Positions 1 through 8,403 of a stretch of 64,000 nt of DNA are shown here, in pieces (the first letter of the stretch is position 1; every line of letters begins with the position of its first letter). Source of the DNA: Eubacteriales bacterium (lineage in GTDB: Bacteria > Bacillota > Clostridia > Oscillospirales > CAG-272). The stretch is from assembly GCA_045611965.1 (NCBI GenBank), contig JAZKYE010000005.1, positions 836-64,835 on the forward strand, written 5' to 3'. Below the pieces are notes generated by a model. It ran no database searches. It had not been told where the DNA came from and was given only the letters and a program-made list of their open reading frames with translations. The position numbers and the translations under genes were made by a program.

Positions 1-11
1 ATAATCCTGCA

Positions 12-1433
12 TTATTCCTGCACCTCGCTGTCAGCGTTTGCTTCGTCATTTACTACCTCGGGCTTCTTGAATTTGTTAAGAAGCAGGTTTACAACGATAC
101 CGAGAATAAGAGCGCAGGCGATAGCGGTAAGAGTTACCTTGCCGATTTCCATTGCCATACCGCCAATTCCCGTGATAAGTATTACGGATACAGTAAAGAG
201 GTTTGCGTTATCCTCAAGGTTAATCTTCTGTATCATTTTAAGACCCGATACCGCGATAAAGCCGTAAAGGGTGATGCACACACCGCCCATTACGCATCCG
301 GGGATAGAGTCAAGGAATGCAACAAAGGGGGATACGAATGAGATGAGCAGCGACATAATAGCGGTGGTGGTAATAGTGGCAACCGATGCGTTACGGGTGA
401 TAGCGACGCATCCTACCGACTCACCGTACGTGGTGTTGGGGCATCCGCCGAACATCGCGCCGACTACCGAGCCGACACCGTCACCGAGAAGCGTGCGGTG
501 AAGTCCGGGCTCTTCAAGCAGGTCTGCGCCGATTATGCTCGACAAATTCTTGTGGTCTGCTATATGCTCTGCGAATACGACGAAGGCAACGGGCACGTAT
601 GCAACCGCAACGGTAGCAATATAACCCCACTCAAAGTTAGCGAAGCCCTCAAAGCCCTTGACAAACGTAAACTCGGGAATTGCGAGGAAGGTCTTCACCG
701 TAACACCGTCAGCAACAAGCGCGGTAAAGGGCGAAAGGTCGATTATCTTCAGCGCGTCAACGCCTGCGATATAGCCGATAACGGTGAACACAAGTCCTAC
801 TGCGTAGCCCGAAAGAACGCCGATGATAAAGGGGATAAGCTTCGTCATTCTTTTGCCGTAGGTAGAGCAGAGAATGACGACTACGAGCGTTACCAACGCG
901 CAGATGAGGGAAATCCAGAGGTTAGTTGACATTATGAACGCGCCGCTTGTTTCGTTCTGCGGACCGTAGGAAAATACGTCATTGATAGCCGCGCCCGAAA
1001 GAGAAAGACCGATAAGCGCTACGGTAGGGCCGATAACTGCAGGCGGCATAAGCTTGTTAATCCACTCAACGCCGACATACTTAACGACAAGAGCGATAAC
1101 GACGTACACAAGTCCTGCGAAAATAGCACCGAAAAGCAATCCGAGATAGCCAAGGCTTGCTGTGGTTGCGCCTGCGAATGCCGCGCTCATAGAGCCGATA
1201 AACGCAAATGACGAGCCGAGGAATACGGGGCTTCTGAATTTGGTAAAGAGCTGATATACCAGCGTACCTATGCCTGCGCCGAAGAGTGCTGCGGATGCGG
1301 ACATTCCGTTACCGACGATTGCGGGAACGGCAATCGTTGCCGCCATAATTGCGAGAAGCTGCTGAATAGCGAAAACTATCATTTTACTGAACGGCGGCTT
1401 TTCATGTACATCATAAACGAGATTTTTTGCCAT
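12..1433 (-). CDS. uraA: NCS2-family uracil/xanthine permease
   Basis: 473-aa polytopic membrane protein with NCS2 motifs (LGSSFAF, AEHIADH, GDGVG, PNTTYGES, GGV..TLYGFIAVSG). Confidence 0.85.
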   Translation of the reverse strand: MAKNLVYDVHEKPPFSKMIVFAIQQLLAIMAATIAVPAIVGNGMSASAALFGAGIGTLVYQLFTKFRSPVFLGSSFAFIGSMSAAFAGATTASLGYLGLLFGAIFAGLVYVVIALVVKYVGVEWINKLMPPAVIGPTVALIGLSLSGAAINDVFSYGPQNETSGAFIMSTNLWISLICALVTLVVVILCSTYGKRMTKLIPFIIGVLSGYAVGLVFTVIGYIAGVDALKIIDLSPFTALVADGVTVKTFLAIPEFTFVKGFEGFANFEWGYIATVAVAYVPVAFVVFAEHIADHKNLSSIIGADLLEEPGLHRTLLGDGVGSVVGAMFGGCPNTTYGESVGCVAITRNASVATITTTAIMSLLISFVSPFVAFLDSIPGCVMGGVCITLYGFIAVSGLKMIQKINLEDNANLFTVSVILITGIGGMAMEIGKVTLTAIACALILGIVVNLLLNKFKKPEVVNDEANADSEVQE

Positions 1434-1486
1434 TTTTGTTATATCCTTCCTTCTTTAAATTGGGGTATGTACCCCCCACGCTTAAC

Positions 1487-1515
1487 ATTATACTACCCGT
1501 GAGGAAAAATGTCAA
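1487..1515 (-). promoter_or_regulatory. sigmaA promoter of the permease
   Basis: Minus strand TTGACA (1515-1510), 17 bp, TATAAT (1492-1487). Confidence 0.75.
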
Positions 1516-1622
1516 TTCCTGACGGGAATATTGCGGTTTAAATACCAAAAGCCCCTCTCGGCGCGAGCGGGGTATAACTGCTCTTTTGAAAAAGCCTTTA
1601 TCAAACGGCCAAGCCTATAATA

Positions 1623-1685
1623 CTTGTTGACATTTCAACAAGATTGTGGTATTCTATAACTGTACTTGTTGAAGCTTCAACAAGT
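1623..1685 (+). promoter_or_regulatory. Promoter with two palindromic MarR-type operators
   Basis: CTTGTTGA-catt-TCAACAAG (1623-1642) overlaps TTGACA (1627-1632); extended -10 TGgTATTCT ends at 1655; perfect 22-bp palindrome ACTTGTTGAAGCTTCAACAAGT at 1664-1685. Confidence 0.75.
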
Positions 1686-1699
1686 CAAAAGGGGTGATT

Positions 1700-2143
1700 A
1701 TGAAAGAACGCTTTGAAACCTTTACTGTTCTGATTGCCAAAATCAGCCGAAACGTCAGAAGAATAAAGAATGAGCAAATGGCAGAATACGGACTTCGCAG
1801 CGCGCACATATCCTGCCTTTATTATCTCTATACCTTTGACCTTTTGACCGCAACCGACCTTTGCGAAAGATGCGAGGAGGATAAGGCAACCATTTCCCGC
1901 GCGCTCGATTTTCTTGAGGAAAAGGGCTTTATCACCTGTGAAACAAAATCTGCAAAAAGATATAAAAGCCCCCTTCTGCTAACCGAAAGGGGCAGAGAGG
2001 TCGGCAGAAAAATATCCGAAAAGATAGATAGGGTTTTAGATGCGGTGAGCGTTGGGCTTACCGATGAAGAGCGAGCGGAATTTTATCGCAGCCTTACCAT
2101 TATCAGCGATAACCTCGACAAAATTACTAAAGAAATTAAATAA
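1700..2143 (+). CDS. MarR-family transcriptional regulator
   Basis: wHTH pattern (DKATISRALDFLEEKGFI...LTERGRE); RBS AAGGGGTG before ATG 1700. Confidence 0.9.
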   Translation: MKERFETFTVLIAKISRNVRRIKNEQMAEYGLRSAHISCLYYLYTFDLLTATDLCERCEEDKATISRALDFLEEKGFITCETKSAKRYKSPLLLTERGREVGRKISEKIDRVLDAVSVGLTDEERAEFYRSLTIISDNLDKITKEIK

Positions 2144-2174
2144 ATATCATAATACGAGAAAGGAAACATCACCA

Positions 2175-4247
2175 ATGAACAATACAAGTCCAAAGTACGA
2201 GGCATTGTTTTCCCCTTGGAAAATAGGAAACGTTGAGATCAAAAACCGAATAGTAATGTGCCCTATGGGCGGTACGTCGCTGTTCGGATGGTTTGAGCTT
2301 ACGGGATGCCATTTTGACAAGGAAGCGGCAAAGCTCTTTCTTGAAAGAGCAAACAACAACGTAGGTCTTATCATCCCCGGAATTGCCCCCCTTCGCGATA
2401 CCTTCTGGGGTAAATGGCTCTGGCAGAACGAAAAGATGTTCAAGGACCTCAAGGTCTTTATGGACGAAATTCACAAGACCGGTGCAAAGCTCTTTATTCA
2501 GCTTACCGCAGGTATGGGACGCTCTTGGGCGATAACTGAGCTTGTTGCCCCTCTGCACAAGAACAGATTTACCCGTGCCCTAATCAAGCCTATCATTGAT
2601 ACGAGCCACGAGCTTGCATCCCCCTCACCCCAGAAATCCCGTTGGGCGCACGACATTGAGTGCCCCGAAATGACAGTAGAGCAGATACACGAGATAATCG
2701 AGGCGTTTGCAAAGACCGCAAAGCTCTGTAAGGAAGCAGGCGTTGACGGTGTCGAGGTGCACGCAGTTCACGAGGGCTATCTGCTTGACCAGTTTGCAAT
2801 AGAATTTTTCAACAAGCGTACTGACGAGTACGGCGGAAGCTTTGAAAATCGCTACCGCTTTGCCGCAGAGGTTGTAAAGGCGATTAAGGACGCGTGCGGA
2901 AAGGATTATCCCGTATCGGTCCGTTATTCGGTAGAGTCCAAGATGAAGGGCTTCTGCGAGGGCGCTATGCCCGGCGAGGACTACGTCGAGGTAGGAGGTA
3001 ATATGGAAGAATCCGAAAGAGCCGCAAAATACCTTCAGGACGTCGGCTACGATATGCTTAATGCCGATAATGGTACATACGACTCTTGGTGTTGGGCGCA
3101 CCCCCCGATGTATATGCCTGAAAACTGCAACCTCGACGACGTATCGCACATCAAGAAATTCGTCGATATCCCCGTCGTTTGTGCAGGACGAATGGATCCC
3201 GAGGTCGGTGCAAGAGCTGTTGCCGAGGGAAGAATAGATGCTATCGGTATTGCCCGTCAGTTCCTCGTTGATGCCGAGTGGATTACCAAGCTTATCGAGG
3301 ATAGACTTGAGGACATCAAGCCCTGCATCTGCTGTCATAGTGCCTGCTTCAACTTCTCGTCCTCTAAAGGACACGCAAACACGCAGGACCTTACCGATAC
3401 GATGGGACTTGCGCGCTGTGCGCTCAACCCCGAAACAATGCAGTCAAAGAAATATCACATTGAGCCTGCCAAGAAAAAGAAGAATATTGCCGTCATCGGT
3501 GGCGGTATCGGCGGTATGGAAGCGGCTATCGTGCTTGCCAAGCGCGGACATAGCGTAACTCTTTATGAGAAGAGCGATAAGCTCGGCGGCGTCTTTATTG
3601 CGGCGGCAGCCCCCGCCTTCAAGGAAAAGGACAAGGCGCTTATCGCCTGGTATATCCGCGAGCTTTCCAAGTATCCTCAAATCACCGTTAAGATGAACAC
3701 CGAAATCAAGGATGTAAAAGCACTTGATGCAGACGAGATTATAGTAGCAACGGGCGCTGTGGCAAAGAGAATACCCGTAAAGGGCGCAGAGAGCGCTGTC
3801 GAAGCGGTGGATTATCTGCTTGGCAACAAGACCGTAGGCGAGAGAGTTGTGGTCGTCGGCGGCGGACTTACGGGATGCGAGATTGCATACGACCTTTACC
3901 TTAACGGCAAGAAGCCTGTTATAGTAGAAATGCAGGATGACCTTATCACGACCCCCGGCATCTGCCTTGCAAACACGAGCTATCTTCGCGACTTCTTTAA
4001 GACAAATAAGGTTCCCGTATATCTTGAAACCTCTCTTTCCGAGATTGACAGCGAGGGTGTAACCCTTAAGGATAAGGACGGCAACACCTTTAAGGTTGAT
4101 GCAGATTCCGTAATTCTTTCGGTTGGATATAATCCCGCGCCCGTAGCATCAAAGGGCAGGCGCATCCACGTCATCGGTGATGCTAAAAAGGTAGGAAACC
4201 TTCGTAGCGTTATCTGGGGCGCTTGGAATATCTGTATGAAACTTTAA
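2175..4247 (+). CDS. 2-enoate reductase-type NADH:flavin oxidoreductase (Old Yellow Enzyme family, FMN/Fe-S/FAD)
   Basis: KNRIVMCPMG, HAVHEGYLLDQF, NKRTDEYGGSFENR, Fe-S motif CICCHSAC...C, two GxGxxG dinucleotide folds; start ATG 2175 after AAGGAA. Confidence 0.9.
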   Translation: MNNTSPKYEALFSPWKIGNVEIKNRIVMCPMGGTSLFGWFELTGCHFDKEAAKLFLERANNNVGLIIPGIAPLRDTFWGKWLWQNEKMFKDLKVFMDEIHKTGAKLFIQLTAGMGRSWAITELVAPLHKNRFTRALIKPIIDTSHELASPSPQKSRWAHDIECPEMTVEQIHEIIEAFAKTAKLCKEAGVDGVEVHAVHEGYLLDQFAIEFFNKRTDEYGGSFENRYRFAAEVVKAIKDACGKDYPVSVRYSVESKMKGFCEGAMPGEDYVEVGGNMEESERAAKYLQDVGYDMLNADNGTYDSWCWAHPPMYMPENCNLDDVSHIKKFVDIPVVCAGRMDPEVGARAVAEGRIDAIGIARQFLVDAEWITKLIEDRLEDIKPCICCHSACFNFSSSKGHANTQDLTDTMGLARCALNPETMQSKKYHIEPAKKKKNIAVIGGGIGGMEAAIVLAKRGHSVTLYEKSDKLGGVFIAAAAPAFKEKDKALIAWYIRELSKYPQITVKMNTEIKDVKALDADEIIVATGAVAKRIPVKGAESAVEAVDYLLGNKTVGERVVVVGGGLTGCEIAYDLYLNGKKPVIVEMQDDLITTPGICLANTSYLRDFFKTNKVPVYLETSLSEIDSEGVTLKDKDGNTFKVDADSVILSVGYNPAPVASKGRRIHVIGDAKKVGNLRSVIWGAWNICMKL

Positions 4248-4266
4248 TATTTGATAGGAGAGAAAA

Positions 4267-5541
4267 ATGATACTTACGAAAGAACAGCAGGCTATCCTTG
4301 ACGGTGAGCAGGGTGAAACGCTTGCAAAGGTAATGAAAACTCTCGTGATGTACGGAGATGCGTTTGAGGCAGAAAAGCTCGTGCCCATCACATCAAGCTA
4401 CAATCACCTTGTTACGTCATTCGGACTTAAGGTAATGTCCCCCGTGTACGACCTGATGCAGCAGCTTCTTGATGCAGGCGTATGCTCTGAACAGAAGTTC
4501 TCGGTCGATCCCCGTCCTATTGATAAGAACGTTCCCGCAAGCTTCTTGCAGAACCTCGTGTTTGGTAAGTTTATGTACACCAAGCAGGACTTTTATGAGC
4601 AGCAGCTCATAAAGCTCGGTCTTATGGATAAAAACGCCTTTACCTGCACCTGCTATATGGATGAGGTGGGCAATAAGCCGAAGAAGGGCGACGTGCTCTC
4701 TTGGGCAGAGTCAAGCGCGGTTGTTTACGCAAACTCGGTGCTTGGCGCAAGATGTAACCGAAATTCGGGCATCATTGATATTATGGGCTCTATCGTCGGC
4801 TATGTTCCTTACTTCGGACTTCTTACCGACGAGGGAAGAAAGGCAACTTGGGTTGTAAGGGTCAGGACTACCAAAAAGCCCGAGGCACAGCTTCTTGGCT
4901 CTGCTATCGGTATGAAGGTTATGGAGGACGTCCCCTACGTAGTAGGACTTGATAAATGGATAGGTAACGAGCTGAATGATGCCGCCTGTGCATATCTCAA
5001 GGATTTTGGCGCGGCAACTGCATCCAACGGTGCTGTCGGCCTTTACCATATCGAAAACCTCACCCCCGAGGCAGTCGAGCTTGGCGAGAGCCTTATCGCA
5101 GAGGGCGCTATGGAATATATCATAGACGATGCCGAGCTTGAAAGAGTAAAGAATAACTATCCCGTCATCTGGAAAAATCCCGATGCCAAGCCCAAGCTTT
5201 GCTTTGTCGGATGCCCTCACCTCTCGCTTGAACAGCTTAAGGACTGGACTGTAAAGCTTGAGAATGAGCTGAAAAGCAATGGCAACAAAAAGGTTAAGAT
5301 AAATACCGTGTTTACAGCAGCACCCGGTGTTCTTGAAGCATTTAACAAGACCGAATATGCACCAAGGCTCAAAGCAACTGGCGTTATCACCTCGTATATC
5401 TGTCCTCTGATGTATATGAATAACCCTCTTTGCAAGAAGATGCCCGTTATTACGTCATCAAATAAGCTTCGCACCTATACGAGCGCAAGATATTACACCG
5501 ACGCGGAAATTCTCAAAATCATTACGGGAGGTAAGCTTTAA
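4267..5541 (+). CDS. Aconitase X catalytic (large) subunit, DUF521
   Basis: N-terminal LTKEQQAILDGEQGE, CTCY, WAESSAVVYANSVLGARCNR, GAVGLYH, GCPH, ICP, TSSNK. Confidence 0.85.
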   Translation: MILTKEQQAILDGEQGETLAKVMKTLVMYGDAFEAEKLVPITSSYNHLVTSFGLKVMSPVYDLMQQLLDAGVCSEQKFSVDPRPIDKNVPASFLQNLVFGKFMYTKQDFYEQQLIKLGLMDKNAFTCTCYMDEVGNKPKKGDVLSWAESSAVVYANSVLGARCNRNSGIIDIMGSIVGYVPYFGLLTDEGRKATWVVRVRTTKKPEAQLLGSAIGMKVMEDVPYVVGLDKWIGNELNDAACAYLKDFGAATASNGAVGLYHIENLTPEAVELGESLIAEGAMEYIIDDAELERVKNNYPVIWKNPDAKPKLCFVGCPHLSLEQLKDWTVKLENELKSNGNKKVKINTVFTAAPGVLEAFNKTEYAPRLKATGVITSYICPLMYMNNPLCKKMPVITSSNKLRTYTSARYYTDAEILKIITGGKL

Positions 5542-5984
5542 TGAAACAGTTTAAGGGAAGAGTTGTTACCCCTGGCGAGGTAACCGCAGAAGCGGTTGTA
5601 ACAAAGGAAGGCTTCAATACGTTAGCATCGCTTCAGATGGCGCTTCAGTTTGGTGATAAGGAAGTAAAATGTGGGGATCAGAGCAATAAGGAGCTGTACG
5701 GCAAGCCCCTGCTTGGCAAGGCGCTTTGCCTGCCGCAGACCATCGGCTCGACCACGGGCGGACTCGTGCTTTACTGCGCCTGCTCAATGAAAAAGAACCC
5801 TGCTTGTATGCTGTTTGCCAACCATATCGACTCGCTTGCAGCCGCAGGCGCAGTCCTCGCTGACGTGTGGGTTGACGGCGTTACTATGCCCGTTATCGAC
5901 GGACTCGGTGACGAGTTCCTTAGCTACGTAAAGGACGGAATGAAAATCACCGTAAAGCCAGACGGTGTAGTTGAAGTAGAATAA
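5541..5984 (+). CDS. Aconitase X swiveling (small) subunit, DUF126
   Basis: FKGRVVTPGEVTAEAVVT, GKALCLP..IGSTTG, PVIDGL; TAATG translational coupling to the large subunit. Confidence 0.85.
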   Translation: MKQFKGRVVTPGEVTAEAVVTKEGFNTLASLQMALQFGDKEVKCGDQSNKELYGKPLLGKALCLPQTIGSTTGGLVLYCACSMKKNPACMLFANHIDSLAAAGAVLADVWVDGVTMPVIDGLGDEFLSYVKDGMKITVKPDGVVEVE

Positions 5985-6063
5985 TGCTCATACTCAAAAA
6001 ATCGGATGAAGCTGATGAATGGAAAAGAGCTTAAAAGCTTTTATTATACGATAGGAGAAATCT

Positions 6064-6900
6064 ATGAGAAAAATTAAAATTGTCGCAGACTCATCTTGCG
6101 ATCTTTTTAAGTTGGCGCATGCCGAGCTTGCAACTGCACCTATGAAAGTAATTACAAGCGAGAAGGAGTTTGTTGACGATCCCTCTCTCGATGTTGTCGG
6201 AATGGTCGATTTTCTGTATCAATACAAAGGAAAATCCAAATCGTCTTGCCCGAATACGATGGATTGGCTTGATGCCTTTGGAGATGCGGACGAAATCTTC
6301 TGCGTAACGATTACAAGCGGACTTTCGGGAAGCTACAATTCCGCCTGTGCTGCAAAGCACGTCTATGAATCAGAAAATCAAGGCAAGCGCGTTCATGTTT
6401 TTGATACACTTTCGGCAGGCCCCGAGATTACCTTAATTATTGAAAAAATCGAAGAATGTATAGGTCGAAATATGTCCTTTGAGGATATTTGTGATTGCGT
6501 AAGTGCATATATGAAAAAGACAGGACTTGTCTTTATGCTGAAATCACTTAAAAATTTTGCTAATAACGGCAGAGTTTCCCCTATCGTAGCAAAGCTTGTG
6601 GGTATTGTAGGCATTTGTATCGTTGGCAAAGCGAGCAACGAGGGAACGCTCGAACCGATGCATAAGTGCCGTGGCGAGCGCCGCTCGCTTGAAACCTTGG
6701 TAGAGGATCTTGAAGCAGAGGGCTTCCGTTCAGGTAAAATCAGTATAGGTCATTGCCAGAATGAATCTGCCGCCGAGCAGTTAAAGCAACTGATCCTTGC
6801 CAAATTCAAAAACGTACAGATTGAAATTCATAAATTAAGAGGACTTTGTAGCTTTTATGCTGAAAAAGGCGGCGTTCTGGTTGGATTTGAAAAGGCATAA
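6064..6900 (+). CDS. DegV-family fatty-acid-binding protein
   Basis: IVADSSCDL, KSSCPN, ITSGLSGSYNSA, DTLSAG, LKNFANNGRV. Confidence 0.9.
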   Translation: MRKIKIVADSSCDLFKLAHAELATAPMKVITSEKEFVDDPSLDVVGMVDFLYQYKGKSKSSCPNTMDWLDAFGDADEIFCVTITSGLSGSYNSACAAKHVYESENQGKRVHVFDTLSAGPEITLIIEKIEECIGRNMSFEDICDCVSAYMKKTGLVFMLKSLKNFANNGRVSPIVAKLVGIVGICIVGKASNEGTLEPMHKCRGERRSLETLVEDLEAEGFRSGKISIGHCQNESAAEQLKQLILAKFKNVQIEIHKLRGLCSFYAEKGGVLVGFEKA

Positions 6901-7065
6901 AGCAACCGGCGTTACCACCTCGTAATCTGTCCTATGATGTATATTAATAACCCTCTATGCAAGGGGATGCCCGTTATCGACGGACACGGCGACGACTTCC
7001 TTAACTATGTAAAGGACGGAATGAAAATCACCGTAAAGCCAAACGGCATAGTCGGGGCAGAGTAA
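6899..7065 (+). pseudogene. Degenerate chimeric copy of the 3' parts of the two aconitase X genes
   Basis: 6899-6977 aligns to 5371-5450 and 6967-7065 aligns to 5886-5984; joined through shared ATGCCCGTTAT; one 1-nt deletion. Confidence 0.85.
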
Positions 7066-7086
7066 AAACTACACAATGTTAATTGA

Positions 7087-7123
7087 CATGCACCCCTGAA
7101 TCGTCTGATTTCAGGGGTGCATG
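7087..7123 (+). terminator. 14-bp-stem hairpin closing the operon (terminator-like)
   Basis: CATGCACCCCTGAA ... TTCAGGGGTGCATG followed by an interrupted T-rich tract. Confidence 0.55.
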
Positions 7124-7241
7124 CTTCGTTTTGTTAGGCGTTTTTTGACACGCATCTCGACAAATCCCTTGAAAAGCCTTGATTTATTCACACCTTTATG
7201 GTACAATAAACCAAATTGACAAATCTTTGGGAGGTGAGCCT

Positions 7242-8195
7242 ATGACAATCGGATATGTAATTACCTTGGCGTTTGCCGTGGGCTTGACTGTTGCCTACTT
7301 TGCCATCGTCAAAAAAAGAGAGTTTTGGTTATCATTGCTTTATATCTGCGTGGCGGTGGTTAACCTCGGATATCTTTTACTCTCGGTATCAAAAACAGTA
7401 GAGTTCGCAATCTTCGCAAACGACGTGACGTACCTTGGCAGTGTGTTCCTCTCAATGTGTATGCTTCTCACCATTGTCAAGCTCTGCGGATTTGAAATTA
7501 AGAAGGCGCACGTTATCACCTGTGTGTCGCTCGGTGCAGTTATGTTCGCCATAATCGCAACCGCAGGTATCCTGCCTTGGTATTATAAGGAAGTATCGCT
7601 TGAATTTATCGACGGCTCTGCAAAGCTCGTAAAGGAATACGGCCCTTTGCATAATACCTATCTTGTTTATCTGCTCGGCTACTTTGCCGCAATGATCGCC
7701 ACTATTATCCATTCGATCAGAAGAAAAAAGCACGGCTCTTATAAGTTTGCAGGGCTTATTGCCGCTGTTGTTTGCGGAAACATTCTCGTTTGGTTGATTG
7801 AGAAATTTATCACTTGGGAATTTGAATTCCTATCGGTAACCTACATAATTTCCGAGCTGATGTTCCTCTTCCTCTATTGGATGATGCAGGACTACGTTCA
7901 CGTAAATGACATTTCAAAATATACGCCTGCCGAAAAAGAGCAGCTTGGTGTGGATATTGCCACGATGCCGATGGAAACGAAGATAGGCAAGGTTCTTCTT
8001 TTTGTAAGAGAGGGCGAGCTGCTTGCACCGCGAGAGCGTGAGATACTTGAGATGATATTGCAAAACAAGAAGCGAAAAGAGATCGCAGACGAATTGTATC
8101 TGTCGGAAAACACCATTAAAACCTATACGCGAACACTTTACAACAAGCTTGGCGTCGGCTCACGCGAGGAGCTTTACGCGTTGCTGTTAAAATAA
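7242..8195 (+). CDS. Membrane-anchored LuxR-family regulator (about 7 TM helices plus C-terminal HTH)
   Basis: Hydrophobic N-terminal region; C-terminal LAPREREILEMIL...EIADELYLSENTIKTY...LYNKLGVGSR; RBS GGAGGTGA. Confidence 0.85.
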   Translation: MTIGYVITLAFAVGLTVAYFAIVKKREFWLSLLYICVAVVNLGYLLLSVSKTVEFAIFANDVTYLGSVFLSMCMLLTIVKLCGFEIKKAHVITCVSLGAVMFAIIATAGILPWYYKEVSLEFIDGSAKLVKEYGPLHNTYLVYLLGYFAAMIATIIHSIRRKKHGSYKFAGLIAAVVCGNILVWLIEKFITWEFEFLSVTYIISELMFLFLYWMMQDYVHVNDISKYTPAEKEQLGVDIATMPMETKIGKVLLFVREGELLAPREREILEMILQNKKRKEIADELYLSENTIKTYTRTLYNKLGVGSREELYALLLK

Positions 8196-8203
8196 CATTT
8201 TTG

Positions 8204-8247
8204 GGGGGCTGTCTCAAATTTTTATTTGAGACAGCCCCCTTTTTTTT
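8204..8247 (+). terminator. Rho-independent terminator
   Basis: GGGGGCTGTCTCAAAT / ATTTGAGACAGCCCCC plus T8. Confidence 0.85.
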
Positions 8248-8263
8248 GCGCCCAAAAACAACC

Positions 8264-8313
8264 TTCACCCCTTTTTCACCCCTGAAAATGCATGATTTCA
8301 CCCCTAAGGGGTG
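8264..8313 (+). promoter_or_regulatory. Phased TTCACCCCT boxes, putative LuxR-type operator
   Basis: TTCACCCCT at 8264, 8275 and 8297; the last extends to the palindrome CACCCCTaAGGGGTG (8299-8313). Confidence 0.55.
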
Positions 8314-8403
8314 TACCGAAGATATATATAATTATCTTATAATGTAGTCAAGATGGAGTGAAAACCTTGTTTTCACCACAAAAAAAGAAAAAGGAGATTC
8401 ACT

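Noticed and set aside
1434..1486. PyrR attenuator upstream of the uracil permease
   Set aside because: The predicted leader is only about 45 nt with one small hairpin and no PyrR-binding loop or terminator
2175..4247. Bilirubin reductase BilR or bile-acid BaiCD/BaiH
   Set aside because: The active-site region reads HAVHEGY (enoate-reductase type), not the HGDR motif reported for BilR, and no bai genes are present
6899..7065. Diversity-generating retroelement TR/VR pair
   Set aside because: Mismatches are not adenine-specific, the copy is a two-gene chimera, and there is no reverse transcriptase
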